A DNA stretch of 64,000 bases, taken from an uncultured Nitrospinota bacterium (lineage in GTDB: Bacteria > Tectomicrobia > Entotheonellia > J063 > CAVPRW01). The stretch is from contig CAVPRW010000015.1 in the NCBI GenBank assembly GCA_963707985.1, positions 1-64,000 of the forward strand, written 5' to 3'. Below the pieces are notes generated by a model, which saw only the letters and a program-made list of their open reading frames with translations, was not told where the DNA came from and did not search any database. Shown here one piece after another: positions 41,492 to 50,745 of the stretch (positions are counted from its first letter, which is position 1; the number at the start of each line of letters is the position of its first letter). The position numbers were made by a program, and so were the translations under genes.

Positions 41492-41592
41492 GCCCGGTCG
41501 TTGCGAAGTGTTCAGGTAACGCCTTGTCACACGTCCGATGAAGCAATAGGAATCTGTGGGCTGGATGGCGATTGACGAGAGGAGGATAGCGT

Positions 41593-41766
41593 ATGTTGTA
41601 TTGGGCGGTGGTCTTTTTCGTCGTTGCACTGGTAGCAGCCTTGTTCGGATTTGGTGGGATCGCTTCGGCAGCGGCTGGTATCGCGAAGCTTCTCTTTTTC
41701 CTCTTCCTGATTGTCTTCGTCGTCATGCTCGTGCTAGGCCTGATGTCACGGGGACGGGCGGTCTGA
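41593..41766 (+). CDS. DUF1328/UPF0391 small membrane protein (57 aa, absent from the ORF track)
   Basis: [60 protein letters not shown] gaggagg. Confidence 0.93.
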   Translation: MLYWAVVFFVVALVAALFGFGGIASAAAGIAKLLFFLFLIVFVVMLVLGLMSRGRAV

Positions 41767-42109
41767 CCGTATTGGCATTGGAGATCCCTGAGAGCGGCAT
41801 GTCGATGGCGGCATCGCTCTCGGGGAGCGTAACTCTGCTCCACCGTATCCCTTGCGACACTACCAGAGTGCGCGTTACCGAATTCCCACCGCCACATAGT
41901 AGTGGATCCTATGCGTTGGCGCCAACCAGGGCGATTGAAGCTCCATTGCCATGACTCGGATCAGGCCCGAACCCAAGCAACCGGACTTTGCTGTGACCCG
42001 TCAGGCGCCTGGTGCCTCTCGATAGATTACAGGGCGTTTCCGGCACAGCACGGACGGTCCCGAAGTACCGCAGCAGAGCCCGTCCGCTGTGCCAACGTCT
42101 ACCTGGGAG

Positions 42110-42190
42110 TTAGACGACGCCCAAAAGCCACAATACGAGAATCAGCACAACAGGCACTCCAAGTAACCAGAGAATGAGCGGATACACCAT
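42110..42190 (-). CDS. 26-aa hydrophobic microprotein
   Basis: aggaggt 5 nt before the ATG. MVYPLILWLLGVPVVLILVLWLLGVV*. Sigma-54 promoter upstream. Confidence 0.75.
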   Translation of the reverse strand: MVYPLILWLLGVPVVLILVLWLLGVV

Positions 42191-42337
42191 TGCCTACCTC
42201 CTGTCTGACTTGTCCGACTGTGGAAGTGCTGCACAGTGGCTTCCAGCCGCAGCGAACGTGCTACGCCTCCCGAGTGGCCCGACCCCCCATGAGGGGCAAG
42301 CTTCTGCGGCGAGGAAACCTGTCAGATCAGAAGTAGG

Positions 42338-42353
42338 AGCAAAGCCCGTGCCA
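42338..42353 (-). promoter_or_regulatory. Sigma-54 (-24/-12) promoter
   Basis: Minus strand TGGCACGGGCTTTGCT, exact consensus, about 150 bp upstream of the 26-aa ORF. Confidence 0.75.
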
Positions 42354-42459
42354 GTACCGCTTACGCCATTACTGGCCAGGAGTTCTTGCCATCGCGTACC
42401 TGATAGAGGGATGGCTGTTCTGGAAGTTGAGGAGTCATGAACACGCCCAGCGGAGAGGC

Positions 42460-43404
42460 TTATACCACTTTCGGCCGGACATCGGTCGCGAAACGCTCCA
42501 TGGCCTGCAGCAAGCCGTTGATTGACGAACTGGGAAAATCGCAGCGAAAATTCTGTATCCCCAATTCCTGGTAACGCTGGAGCGTATCGCTAATTTGCGC
42601 CGGCGTGCCAGTGAAAAGGCTACGCTGACCTGTGGTCGCGCCATCGGTGAACTGGATCGACGAACCCATGGCGAGCGTGATGTCCTGTGGATCGCGGCCG
42701 GCCTGCTGGGCGAAGGCCCGCAGTTGAGCGATTTTGTCTCGCATTTCAGCGGGCGGCAGGTCTGCTGGCGGACGCTGGACCAGGGGTTGCCAGCCATCGC
42801 CCAGCCGGGCCGCGCGCCGAATAGCCTGTGGGGTATGACCGCCGATCCAGATGGGAATGCCGCCCGGTTGCACCGGTCGCGGCTCACAGCGGATGTTGGA
42901 GAATTGATGGAACTCCCCCTGAAAGGACGGATTGTCCTTAGTCCACAACTCCCGATAGATGCGAATACATTCATCGCTGTATGCGCCTCGGCGAGCATAG
43001 GTATCGAGGCCGATGGCTTTGAATTCCTCTTCCATCCATCCCACGCCGGCACCCAGCGTGACCCGCCCATTGGACAGAACGTCGAGGGTCGCGAGCATTT
43101 TCGCCGTCACGATCGGATTGCGGTAGGGGAGAATCAGTACACTTGTCCCCAGACGCAGACGAGACATGCGTCCAGCCACATATCCGATGACAGTCAGCGG
43201 CTCCCAATATGGCTCAGAGGGGTTGAAAGGCATTTTCCCACTGGGGTCGTATGGGTAGAACGACTTGACTTCAGTTGGGATGACGATATGATCGCTCAAC
43301 CACATGGTATCGTACCCCAACGCTTCGGCGGTTTCGGCAACACGCCCCAGGTTCGCTGGGGTGGCCATCGGTCCGCGATTCGGAAACACGCATCCGAATT
43401 CCAT
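42460..43404 (-). CDS. LLM-class, probably F420-dependent, oxidoreductase
   Basis: GYDTMWLSDHIVIP, RLGTSVLILPYRNP, LDVLSNGRVTLGAGVGWMEEEF and PIWIGG..RRAARLGDGW. Confidence 0.92.
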   Translation of the reverse strand: MEFGCVFPNRGPMATPANLGRVAETAEALGYDTMWLSDHIVIPTEVKSFYPYDPSGKMPFNPSEPYWEPLTVIGYVAGRMSRLRLGTSVLILPYRNPIVTAKMLATLDVLSNGRVTLGAGVGWMEEEFKAIGLDTYARRGAYSDECIRIYRELWTKDNPSFQGEFHQFSNIRCEPRPVQPGGIPIWIGGHTPQAIRRAARLGDGWQPLVQRPPADLPPAEMRDKIAQLRAFAQQAGRDPQDITLAMGSSIQFTDGATTGQRSLFTGTPAQISDTLQRYQELGIQNFRCDFPSSSINGLLQAMERFATDVRPKVV

Positions 43405-43453
43405 CGTTGCTCCTCCCTGGCATCAATCAGCAGCCTACACCACTCTGACGATC

Positions 43454-43864
43454 TCACATCCCAGGCTTACGTTGGACCAGTTGCACGAGCACTCCCTTAG
43501 TCTCCCGGGGATGCACGAAGACGACACGGCTAATCGGCTGGCCAGGGCCAGGGTCCCCAATGAGCCGGACACCACGTTGGCGCATCGCCGCTACCTCGGC
43601 TTCGATATCGTCCACGGCCAGGGCCATCAAGTAGACTCCCTCCCCCCGTGCTGCCAGACCTTTGGCGATTGGACCGGTAGCATCAGTGGGCTGAACAAGC
43701 TCGAGGAATCCCCCCCCGGGCAGGTCGTAAAAGGCGTTCTTGAAGCCGTCGTCAGGACGTTCTCCCGTGCGTGAGGGCTTGAGGCCGAAGGTCTTCTCGT
43801 ACTGTGCTATGCCCTCATTGAGGTCGTTCACGGCAATCACGATATGATCGATGTTTTGCACCAC
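43454..43864 (-). CDS. VOC-family protein (methylmalonyl-CoA epimerase-like)
   Basis: IDHIVIAVNDL, FLELVQP, RGEG, VFVHPRETKGVLVQLVQ. Confidence 0.88.
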   Translation of the reverse strand: MVQNIDHIVIAVNDLNEGIAQYEKTFGLKPSRTGERPDDGFKNAFYDLPGGGFLELVQPTDATGPIAKGLAARGEGVYLMALAVDDIEAEVAAMRQRGVRLIGDPGPGQPISRVVFVHPRETKGVLVQLVQRKPGM

Positions 43865-44236
43865 AAGCTGTCCTCCCCAGATTACAGGTCCATACTCCAT
43901 CGACCAGACGGCCACCGACTAGCCCGCCTCCCTGTTCGAGGCAGTAAGCCATGGCATATTCTGTGGTTGCTCCGGCCACAGAGTCATCTATGAGTCGCTC
44001 AGCAACGAACCAGCCTGGCTGAGTTATGGTCGAGTCTAGCTCATTCGCCTAGCGCCCGACAACCGTTATCATCTCCGGTCACTCGGGCGTTCTCCGCGAG
44101 GCGTCGCGACCGGTGACGCCTCATCTTGTCCTCCCACGTCGGCTCAGCGTATAATCATTTCGGACGACCCGTCAGGGCCAGGCTATCCGGCGAGGTGACG
44201 CCACGTTGGCGACAGCATGCGAGTAACGGAGGATCG

Positions 44237-44689
44237 ATGACCGTGCCAGATCTTCTTCCTGTAGGGTCCCCGGCCCCGGACTTTACCCTGCCGGCATCCG
44301 ATGGCCGGCTAGTGACCCTCAGCGCCCTGAGGGAACACAAGCATGTCGTGCTGATTTTTTATGTGGGCGATAATACACCGGACTGCAACCGGCAACTCTC
44401 ATCGTTGCGGGACGATGTGCCTGAGTTGGAAGGGTTGGACATTACAGTAGTGGGGATCAACCCGGCAGGCATAGAGGAGCATGCGCGCTATGGCATACAG
44501 CTGGGCTTGAATTTTCCCTTGTTGCACGACGCGGATGGACAGATTGCTTCACGATATGGGGCGTTCAATCCGGATCGCTCCGTGCAGCGCTCAGTGTATG
44601 TGGTGGATAGAAAGGGCCTGATCCGCTTTGCTGGACGAGGCATGCACTGGGTTCCTGAGTTCTACGAGATACTCTCAAGTTTGACCTAG
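44237..44689 (+). CDS. Peroxiredoxin (AhpC/TSA, BCP-like)
   Basis: VGSPAPDFTL, FYVGDNTPDC, LNFPLLHD and RSVYVVDRKG. Confidence 0.85.
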   Translation: MTVPDLLPVGSPAPDFTLPASDGRLVTLSALREHKHVVLIFYVGDNTPDCNRQLSSLRDDVPELEGLDITVVGINPAGIEEHARYGIQLGLNFPLLHDADGQIASRYGAFNPDRSVQRSVYVVDRKGLIRFAGRGMHWVPEFYEILSSLT

Positions 44690-44699
44690 AGGACAACCG

Positions 44700-44978
44700 T
44701 TACGACGCCGAACGCGCTCGGCGCAGTGGCAGGTTCACCATCAAGGCCCAGGACTCCCTGGTGCGCTGGACATCCATGCTCAAGGTGGCGTTATCGACCT
44801 CGAAATACCGCGACACCACCTCGATTAGCTCTAACCGCAGAGCGTCAAGGGTTTCCGGCGGCAACATCGAGCGATCATGAACCAACACCAGTCGGAGGCG
44901 ATCCTTCGCAATATTCTTGCTGTCGGCGTCATCTCCCTTGCCAAACCATTTCCGGACCATCTCAGCAATGGCGGTCAC
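44700..44978 (-). CDS. minE: Cell division topological specificity factor MinE
   Basis: SKNIAKDRLRLVLVHDR..LRLELIEVVSRY..LMVNLP, overlapping the minD stop. Confidence 0.95.
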   Translation of the reverse strand: MTAIAEMVRKWFGKGDDADSKNIAKDRLRLVLVHDRSMLPPETLDALRLELIEVVSRYFEVDNATLSMDVQRTRESWALMVNLPLRRARSAS

Positions 44979-45787
44979 AACCCTGTCCTCCGAAAGGTGT
45001 CGCTCAGTTTTTTCCCGAGCCGAGACCAGAGGCTGCCATTTTCGCTATAATTGGGGATGGGGACGATCTCACCGCGGAGACGCCGCCCGATCCGCCAGAA
45101 AGCCTTGCTCGCCTCGTATTCCTCGGTAAAGGCCGCGGGATTGCCCTTATTCGTCGAAATCACGATGCCTTGATCCTCGGGGACGATGCCGAGGAGCTCG
45201 ATAGCCAGGATATCGATCACATCCCCTTGATCGAGCATATCCCCACGTCTGACCAGCTCAGAATTCAAGCGATTAATGATGAGCTGGGCCTCGATCTGTT
45301 GCGCGTGAAGGAGGCCGATAATCCGATCCGCGTCGCGGATGGCAGAGACCTCTGGGGTGGTGACCACCACCGCTTGATTGGCCCCGGCGACCGCATTACG
45401 AAAGCCTTGTTCAATGCCGGCGGGGCAATCGATCAAAATATAATCGAACTCTTTCTTTAAATCTTGGCAAAGTTTGCGCATCTGTTCGGGTTCTACCGCG
45501 TTTTTATCGTCGCTTTGTGAGGCGGGTAACAGATAAAGATTCTCATTGCGTTTATCGCGGATGAGCGCTTGTTTCATGCGACAGCGTCCCGCAATCACAT
45601 CGACCAGATGGTAGACGATACGGTTTTCTAGGCCCAGCACCACATCGAGGTTGCGGAGGCCGATGTCCGCATCGATCATACACACCTTACAGCCACTCTG
45701 AGCCAGGACCGAGCCAAGATTTGCGGTAACGGTCGTCTTGCCTACGCCTCCTTTGCCCGAGGTAATGACAATGGCTCGACCATCCAT
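44975..45787 (-). CDS. minD: Septum site-determining ATPase MinD
   Basis: ITSGKGGVGKTT, DADIGLRNLD, DCPAGIEQGF, TTPEVSAIRDADRIIG and a C-terminal amphipathic tail. Confidence 0.97.
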   Translation of the reverse strand: MDGRAIVITSGKGGVGKTTVTANLGSVLAQSGCKVCMIDADIGLRNLDVVLGLENRIVYHLVDVIAGRCRMKQALIRDKRNENLYLLPASQSDDKNAVEPEQMRKLCQDLKKEFDYILIDCPAGIEQGFRNAVAGANQAVVVTTPEVSAIRDADRIIGLLHAQQIEAQLIINRLNSELVRRGDMLDQGDVIDILAIELLGIVPEDQGIVISTNKGNPAAFTEEYEASKAFWRIGRRLRGEIVPIPNYSENGSLWSRLGKKLSDTFRRTGL

Positions 45788-45863
45788 GCGCCTATTCTCC
45801 CTTTCCCATGCTATCGCCCTCAGGCCAGCCGGAACGCCCACGACTGACCTTCAGACGTCTTGC

Positions 45864-46610
45864 CTACGAGCCGCCAAGGAGCCGTCTGGGAAAACTGTCG
45901 ACCACGATTTGCTCGGCATCGACTCTGGCGATCTCAGGGCCAGAGTCATGCTTCTCTTGCAATTCCGGTGAGCGGCTGATGAAGTGACCGATCCGCAGCT
46001 GGGTTGGTCTCAGGCTGAGGGCGGTGATAATCGCCGTACTGTTGTCTGGGACACCAGCATGGGCTACTCCACGTAACACCCCCATGACCACGATGTTGCC
46101 TCCGGCGATCAACTCGGCACCCGGATTCACATCACCGAACACCACCAGGTTGTCTTCGGCATAGATACGCTGCCCCGATCGCAAGGGCCCCCTGATGAGC
46201 AGAGCATTATTGTGAGGGAGCGCGGTGTCCTCCGGCAGTGATTCGCGTCGTGTCAGTATCGGTTCGGCGGCTGCAGGAGCATAGACGGGGGGCGGCGGCA
46301 GAGGAGGGGAAATCGGCAGGGTGCTGTCCCCTACACTGGCGCGGATCTCACCGATGGTGAGACCATGTGTGCCGAGAACCTCTCGAATACGTTTGAGATG
46401 GTCGTCGCGAAGTTTCCGCGTACCGACCACCAGGATCACGGCCGCGCCCGTGAAGAATTTGCCCGAGCGCTCGAGGTGTTCTTCGAGCTCGCGCTCGATC
46501 TCGCCAAACGGCGTGCGGGGATCAAGGATCACATGAACACCTTGACCCACCCCTTTGAAAGCGACCTTAGCCTGCTGAGTGTTCAGAAACCGACGTCTCT
46601 CCTGGGCCAT
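45864..46610 (-). CDS. minC: Septum site-determining protein MinC
   Basis: FKG..FFTGA, then LRSGQRI..GDVNPGAELIAGGNIVVMGVLRGVAHAG and PTQLRIG. Confidence 0.95.
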   Translation of the reverse strand: MAQERRRFLNTQQAKVAFKGVGQGVHVILDPRTPFGEIERELEEHLERSGKFFTGAAVILVVGTRKLRDDHLKRIREVLGTHGLTIGEIRASVGDSTLPISPPLPPPPVYAPAAAEPILTRRESLPEDTALPHNNALLIRGPLRSGQRIYAEDNLVVFGDVNPGAELIAGGNIVVMGVLRGVAHAGVPDNSTAIITALSLRPTQLRIGHFISRSPELQEKHDSGPEIARVDAEQIVVDSFPRRLLGGS

Positions 46611-46665
46611 CGCACCGTTTCCATGATCTCAGCGTAAGCAAAGGAGTCACCATCTGTGGCTGCTC

Positions 46666-46693
46666 ATTCTAGCCGTTTGGTGGCAATTGTCAA
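46666..46693 (-). promoter_or_regulatory. Sigma-70-type promoter of minCDE
   Basis: Minus strand TTGACA-16 bp-TAGAAT. Confidence 0.55.
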
Positions 46694-46749
46694 GCACGCC
46701 TAACACTCGATAAAACCAGGAGATGCCCATAAGCACTCAATTGGTAAGG

Positions 46750-48543
46750 TCAAGCACGCCTCAAATGTCGCCTGACCCCTTCGGAAGATCGCTGAGGATT
46801 CTTGGCATCGACCGCATACAGCATCGGGCTCGAGGCGATCTGGGCGTAGACCCATTCTTTTCCTTCCAGTTTTTTGCCAAGCTTCAGGGTTTCTAGCTTT
46901 TTCCCCCCTTGTGTCCATAATGTTATGGTCGCCGCTGGCTGTTCCAGACCATGCACATCGGGCGCAACCGCCGTCGCCGGCCATTCGTCCTTAAACTCCA
47001 AGTCTTCCAATTTCCATAAGAGGCTTCGGACTTTATGAGGCTCGACCTTGGCCTTGGTGGGCTGCACCTGATTCCAAGTGTCTCCATCCCCCTCCAGCAC
47101 GATGCTGGCATCCGGCTGGCTAATCTCGATCTTCCGGATGTCTCGGGCTTTGAAGGCCAGCAGTTTGAGGTCACGTAACTCCGGTGCCGTTTTCAGGAGG
47201 TCCGCGGCGTCCTTCGCCTCGATCAAATAGACAGCAGGACGCTCCGCCAGCTTGAGGTAGCGACCGCCGTGGTCAGGATCTTCCCGTCCCAACAGGACAG
47301 TCACCGGCTCCGATTTGTCTTTGAGCCAGATGTCGACCTGCGCCGTAGGGTGATCCAAGCCATACGGGCTGAGATCGGTAGCGGCCTCACTCGTAAAGGA
47401 TTTGACCTTGAGCTCTTCAAGGTTACGCAACAGGGTTCGGACTTTGACGGCGTCGGCCTTGGCCTCTAACGGTTGTTTGAGCTGCCAGCGGTCATCGGGA
47501 ATTTTGCCGCAGTTTTCGACGCAGACCACTTCTAGCTTGCTATCGCCATCGCGGATCTCAACCCTCTCCATGCTATCCCGCTTGACCGCCATAAGGGCGC
47601 GGTCGCGCCAGTCGCTCACCGTCTTGGGGAGTTTGTCGAGCAGTTTGGTTTCCACCAGGAAAACGTTGTCCATGGCGCCACGCTTGGCGTTGAGACCGCT
47701 TTTTGCGGTATCCTCGTCGCCAAGTAGCAGGCTCTTCTCGGCCCGATCATCGCCGATGAAGAACGTCAAGCGCCAGCGTGGGGGGTTGAGGCCATATTTC
47801 GCCAGGTCCTGTGGGGCATCGTCGAGGAATTCCTTCACCTTCGCAGCGTTGACGGTACTGATCAAGTCATTGACTTTGGCCTTATCCGCCTTGGCCTCTA
47901 GGGGCGCCACCATCTTCCAGCCCTTATCCCCCTCCGATTCGACCGTAATGACCTGGTCTGCTTGCTGCACTTCGACCCGCTTGACCTGCGTCTGATCCAG
48001 AGCCAGAACAGTCTTATCGCGCAGATTGAAAACGGCTTTGTCAAACTTACTGTACAGACTGGTGGGCACCATGAGGATCTTCGACTGCTCACCTTCACGG
48101 GCATAATAACCGCCCATCGTAGGGGTACGGGCGCCGATGTTCAGAATAATGGGGGTGCCAACGTCTTTGACGGTAGCTTGCACGACGAGACTGGGTTCCT
48201 TCAGGCCGAAATCGCCGACATCGGCCGCCTGCTCGGCGATCACCTTGTCGCGCTTGCCCTCGACCAGACCATCCAAGACCTCATCCACGCTGCGGTCCTC
48301 GGCCTTGGCGCGCACGGGCTCGATGAGCATCCAGCCATCCGTGGCGTCCTTGGTGAGCTTGATCACCTCCTGGCCGCGGCTGATCGTCACCGCTTCGATG
48401 GCGTCTTTCTTGAGTTGAAAGATTCGTTGCGTTGCCTCTTCCGCCGCTTTACGTTGCTCACCACCCTTGACTTCGTACCAGTAGTAATAGCCACCCAGGA
48501 GGGCAGCCACAACGACGAGCCCCAGCGTCGTCTTCCACCTCAT
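46750..48543 (-). CDS. DUF4340-domain protein with four internal repeats; last codons probably frameshifted
   Basis: N-terminal TM anchor and four W..x.P..AKA...V..L....[YF]GL..P units. Removing one A near 46800 gives the ending KILSDLPKGSGDI*. Confidence 0.85.
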   Translation of the reverse strand: MRWKTTLGLVVVAALLGGYYYWYEVKGGEQRKAAEEATQRIFQLKKDAIEAVTISRGQEVIKLTKDATDGWMLIEPVRAKAEDRSVDEVLDGLVEGKRDKVIAEQAADVGDFGLKEPSLVVQATVKDVGTPIILNIGARTPTMGGYYAREGEQSKILMVPTSLYSKFDKAVFNLRDKTVLALDQTQVKRVEVQQADQVITVESEGDKGWKMVAPLEAKADKAKVNDLISTVNAAKVKEFLDDAPQDLAKYGLNPPRWRLTFFIGDDRAEKSLLLGDEDTAKSGLNAKRGAMDNVFLVETKLLDKLPKTVSDWRDRALMAVKRDSMERVEIRDGDSKLEVVCVENCGKIPDDRWQLKQPLEAKADAVKVRTLLRNLEELKVKSFTSEAATDLSPYGLDHPTAQVDIWLKDKSEPVTVLLGREDPDHGGRYLKLAERPAVYLIEAKDAADLLKTAPELRDLKLLAFKARDIRKIEISQPDASIVLEGDGDTWNQVQPTKAKVEPHKVRSLLWKLEDLEFKDEWPATAVAPDVHGLEQPAATITLWTQGGKKLETLKLGKKLEGKEWVYAQIASSPMLYAVDAKNPQRSSEGVRRHLRRA

Positions 48544-49970
48544 CCGCTCTGTCTCCTCCACATGTAGGTCGCCACACCCGACCCCACGACCACCGCTGGC
48601 AGCACGATCATCGACAGCCAGAAGATCAGCCGCTCTTGGTTAGCCGTCACCGGGGTGAAGAAGGAGCCGCTTTCCTTGGGCCGGATGGCAATAAGATTTT
48701 CCTCCTCCGCCAGCCAACTCACAGTATTGAGGAAAAGGTCACGGTTACCGGAGAGGTTGAGGTAGTTGTTGCTGGCGAAATCCGAATCGCCGAATACCAC
48801 AATGCCGGCCTTTTTCGGCTCTCGATCCGCTGCGCCGCTACGGCGCGACGTCACCGTCGCCACGGCAGCTATCGGCACTGGTCCCTTCTCATCAACCCCT
48901 TCGTTATAGGCCAGGCGACCTTCCCCCTTTGCGATCCCCTGTCGTTCGTCCTGTCCGCGCTCAAGCCAACTATTAGGGCTGGTCTTGGCCAACACTTGAG
49001 CGCTCACCCGCTCCGGCATTTTCTCAGTCGTCTTCACCTCCAGCGCCAGGGGAAGGAAACTGGCGACCTCGAAGTTCTTGGTGATGGGGTGTGCTTCGTA
49101 GCTGGCAATGACTGGGGTGAGATAGTCCATGCCAAACAAGCGGCTCACAGGATCCACCACCACACCCTCTACGACTTGAATGCCGTAGTTCAGCAAATAA
49201 GGTGGCAACCCGGGAGGGCCGTCGGGATCAACCAGAAAGAAGACCTTGCCGCCACGTTCGATGAAGTGTGTAATTTCCGCCAATTCTGGTTCGAGGAGGT
49301 CCTTGTGTGGACCGGCGATGATCAGCATTGAGGCATCATCCGGCAGCTTGCCCTCCGTGAGCAGGTTGAGCCCTTTCACCTCGTAATTTTGGCTCTCGAT
49401 GGCGCGTTTGGCTTCGGAATATCCCTCCCGCTCGGTATTGTTGATCGAGTGCTCACCATGCCCCTCAAGGAAGTACACCACCTTCTTGCCCTCGCGAATG
49501 ACCTTCAACAGGGCGTTCGTGAGGTTCTCCTCGTCGGCAACCAGCACCTTCTCCTCTTTTGCACCACTCTCCAGCACGATCGTACCATACGACGTGATGC
49601 CGTAACGTTTGGCCACACCGGGGTTGCGGTCCGGGTCGATGAACTCGTAGGTAAATTGTTTGCCATAGTAGGCGAATTGATCCAGGAGGTCCTTGGCCGC
49701 CTCCCGCCCGGTCTGGGTATCCTGGTAGAACGCGGTCACTTTCACCGGCTGCGGAAGCTGCGCCAGTAGCTGTTGACTTTGCGGCGACAGAGAGTAGCGC
49801 TTGTTGGCGGTCAGGTCGAAGCGGTGGCTATGGCGTAGGGAAATCGCCTCTACCACGGCAATAATGCCCAGGACAGCGATGGCAGCGATCAGCAGGTTGG
49901 TGCCAAAGCGTACGTGGCGGCCGAAGAGGCGTTGGACCCAAGATCGCCCTTGCTGGCGTGCGTCAGGCAT
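48540..49970 (-). CDS. GldG-family ABC auxiliary protein
   Basis: RFDLTANKRYSLS, VYFLEGHGE, IIAGP, VFGDSDF, NRDLFLNTVSWL and a C-terminal TM. Confidence 0.9.
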   Translation of the reverse strand: MPDARQQGRSWVQRLFGRHVRFGTNLLIAAIAVLGIIAVVEAISLRHSHRFDLTANKRYSLSPQSQQLLAQLPQPVKVTAFYQDTQTGREAAKDLLDQFAYYGKQFTYEFIDPDRNPGVAKRYGITSYGTIVLESGAKEEKVLVADEENLTNALLKVIREGKKVVYFLEGHGEHSINNTEREGYSEAKRAIESQNYEVKGLNLLTEGKLPDDASMLIIAGPHKDLLEPELAEITHFIERGGKVFFLVDPDGPPGLPPYLLNYGIQVVEGVVVDPVSRLFGMDYLTPVIASYEAHPITKNFEVASFLPLALEVKTTEKMPERVSAQVLAKTSPNSWLERGQDERQGIAKGEGRLAYNEGVDEKGPVPIAAVATVTSRRSGAADREPKKAGIVVFGDSDFASNNYLNLSGNRDLFLNTVSWLAEEENLIAIRPKESGSFFTPVTANQERLIFWLSMIVLPAVVVGSGVATYMWRRQSG

Positions 49971-49974
49971 GGTG

Positions 49975-50745
49975 CTATCCCCTCCAGCGATGCGACTCGA
50001 GCGAGCGCAGGGTCAGAAATAGACAGAACACCATAAAGTTGAGGTAAAAAATCACATCCTTGGTATCGATGATTCCCTTGGGAAAACTATCGAAATGCTC
50101 CAGGAGTGAAAGATGTGATAGTAGCCATCCGATGCCGCTGCCGGCGAATTGCGATGACCAGCCGATGACCCACATGAACAGCAGCAGACCGAAGCTGATG
50201 GCGGCGGCGACGATCTGATTCTCGGTGAGTGAAGAGGCGAGCGCCCCGAGGGCGATAAAGGCAGCCCCGAGCAGGAATAAGCCCAGATACCCAGCGAGAA
50301 TCGGACCAACCTCCGGCTGAGCGAAGATGATCAGCAAGACCGGATAGAGAGCGGTGAGGCCGAGCATGATGGTATACACCGCCAAGCAGGCCGAAAATTT
50401 TGCCAGCACGGCCGCCAGGTCGCGCACCGGATAGGTCAGCAGCAACTCGATGGTCCCCTGCTTTTTCTCCTCCGCAAACAGTCGCATGGTCAGCAAGGGC
50501 ATCATGAAGAGCAGAATCACTCCGAGGTTGCCGTAGAGTGGACGCAGCACCCCCTCAGTGACATTGAGGTTGCGGGCCATCATCGGATTGCTCATGGCCT
50601 GGAACCCGATGAAATTGAAGAACGCAAAGCTGCTATAGAAAAAATAACCCGCGATCGTGAGAAACATCACCATCACGACATAGGCGATGGGAGAGACAAA
50701 GTACGCTCGCAGTTCCCTCTTGAAGATCGGCCAGAAACTGCTCAT
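49975..50745 (-). CDS. ABC-2 permease (GldF-like)
   Basis: RELRAYFVSPIAY, PLLTMRLFAEEKKQGTIELLLTYP and SSLTENQIVAA. Confidence 0.92.
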   Translation of the reverse strand: MSSFWPIFKRELRAYFVSPIAYVVMVMFLTIAGYFFYSSFAFFNFIGFQAMSNPMMARNLNVTEGVLRPLYGNLGVILLFMMPLLTMRLFAEEKKQGTIELLLTYPVRDLAAVLAKFSACLAVYTIMLGLTALYPVLLIIFAQPEVGPILAGYLGLFLLGAAFIALGALASSLTENQIVAAAISFGLLLFMWVIGWSSQFAGSGIGWLLSHLSLLEHFDSFPKGIIDTKDVIFYLNFMVFCLFLTLRSLESHRWRG

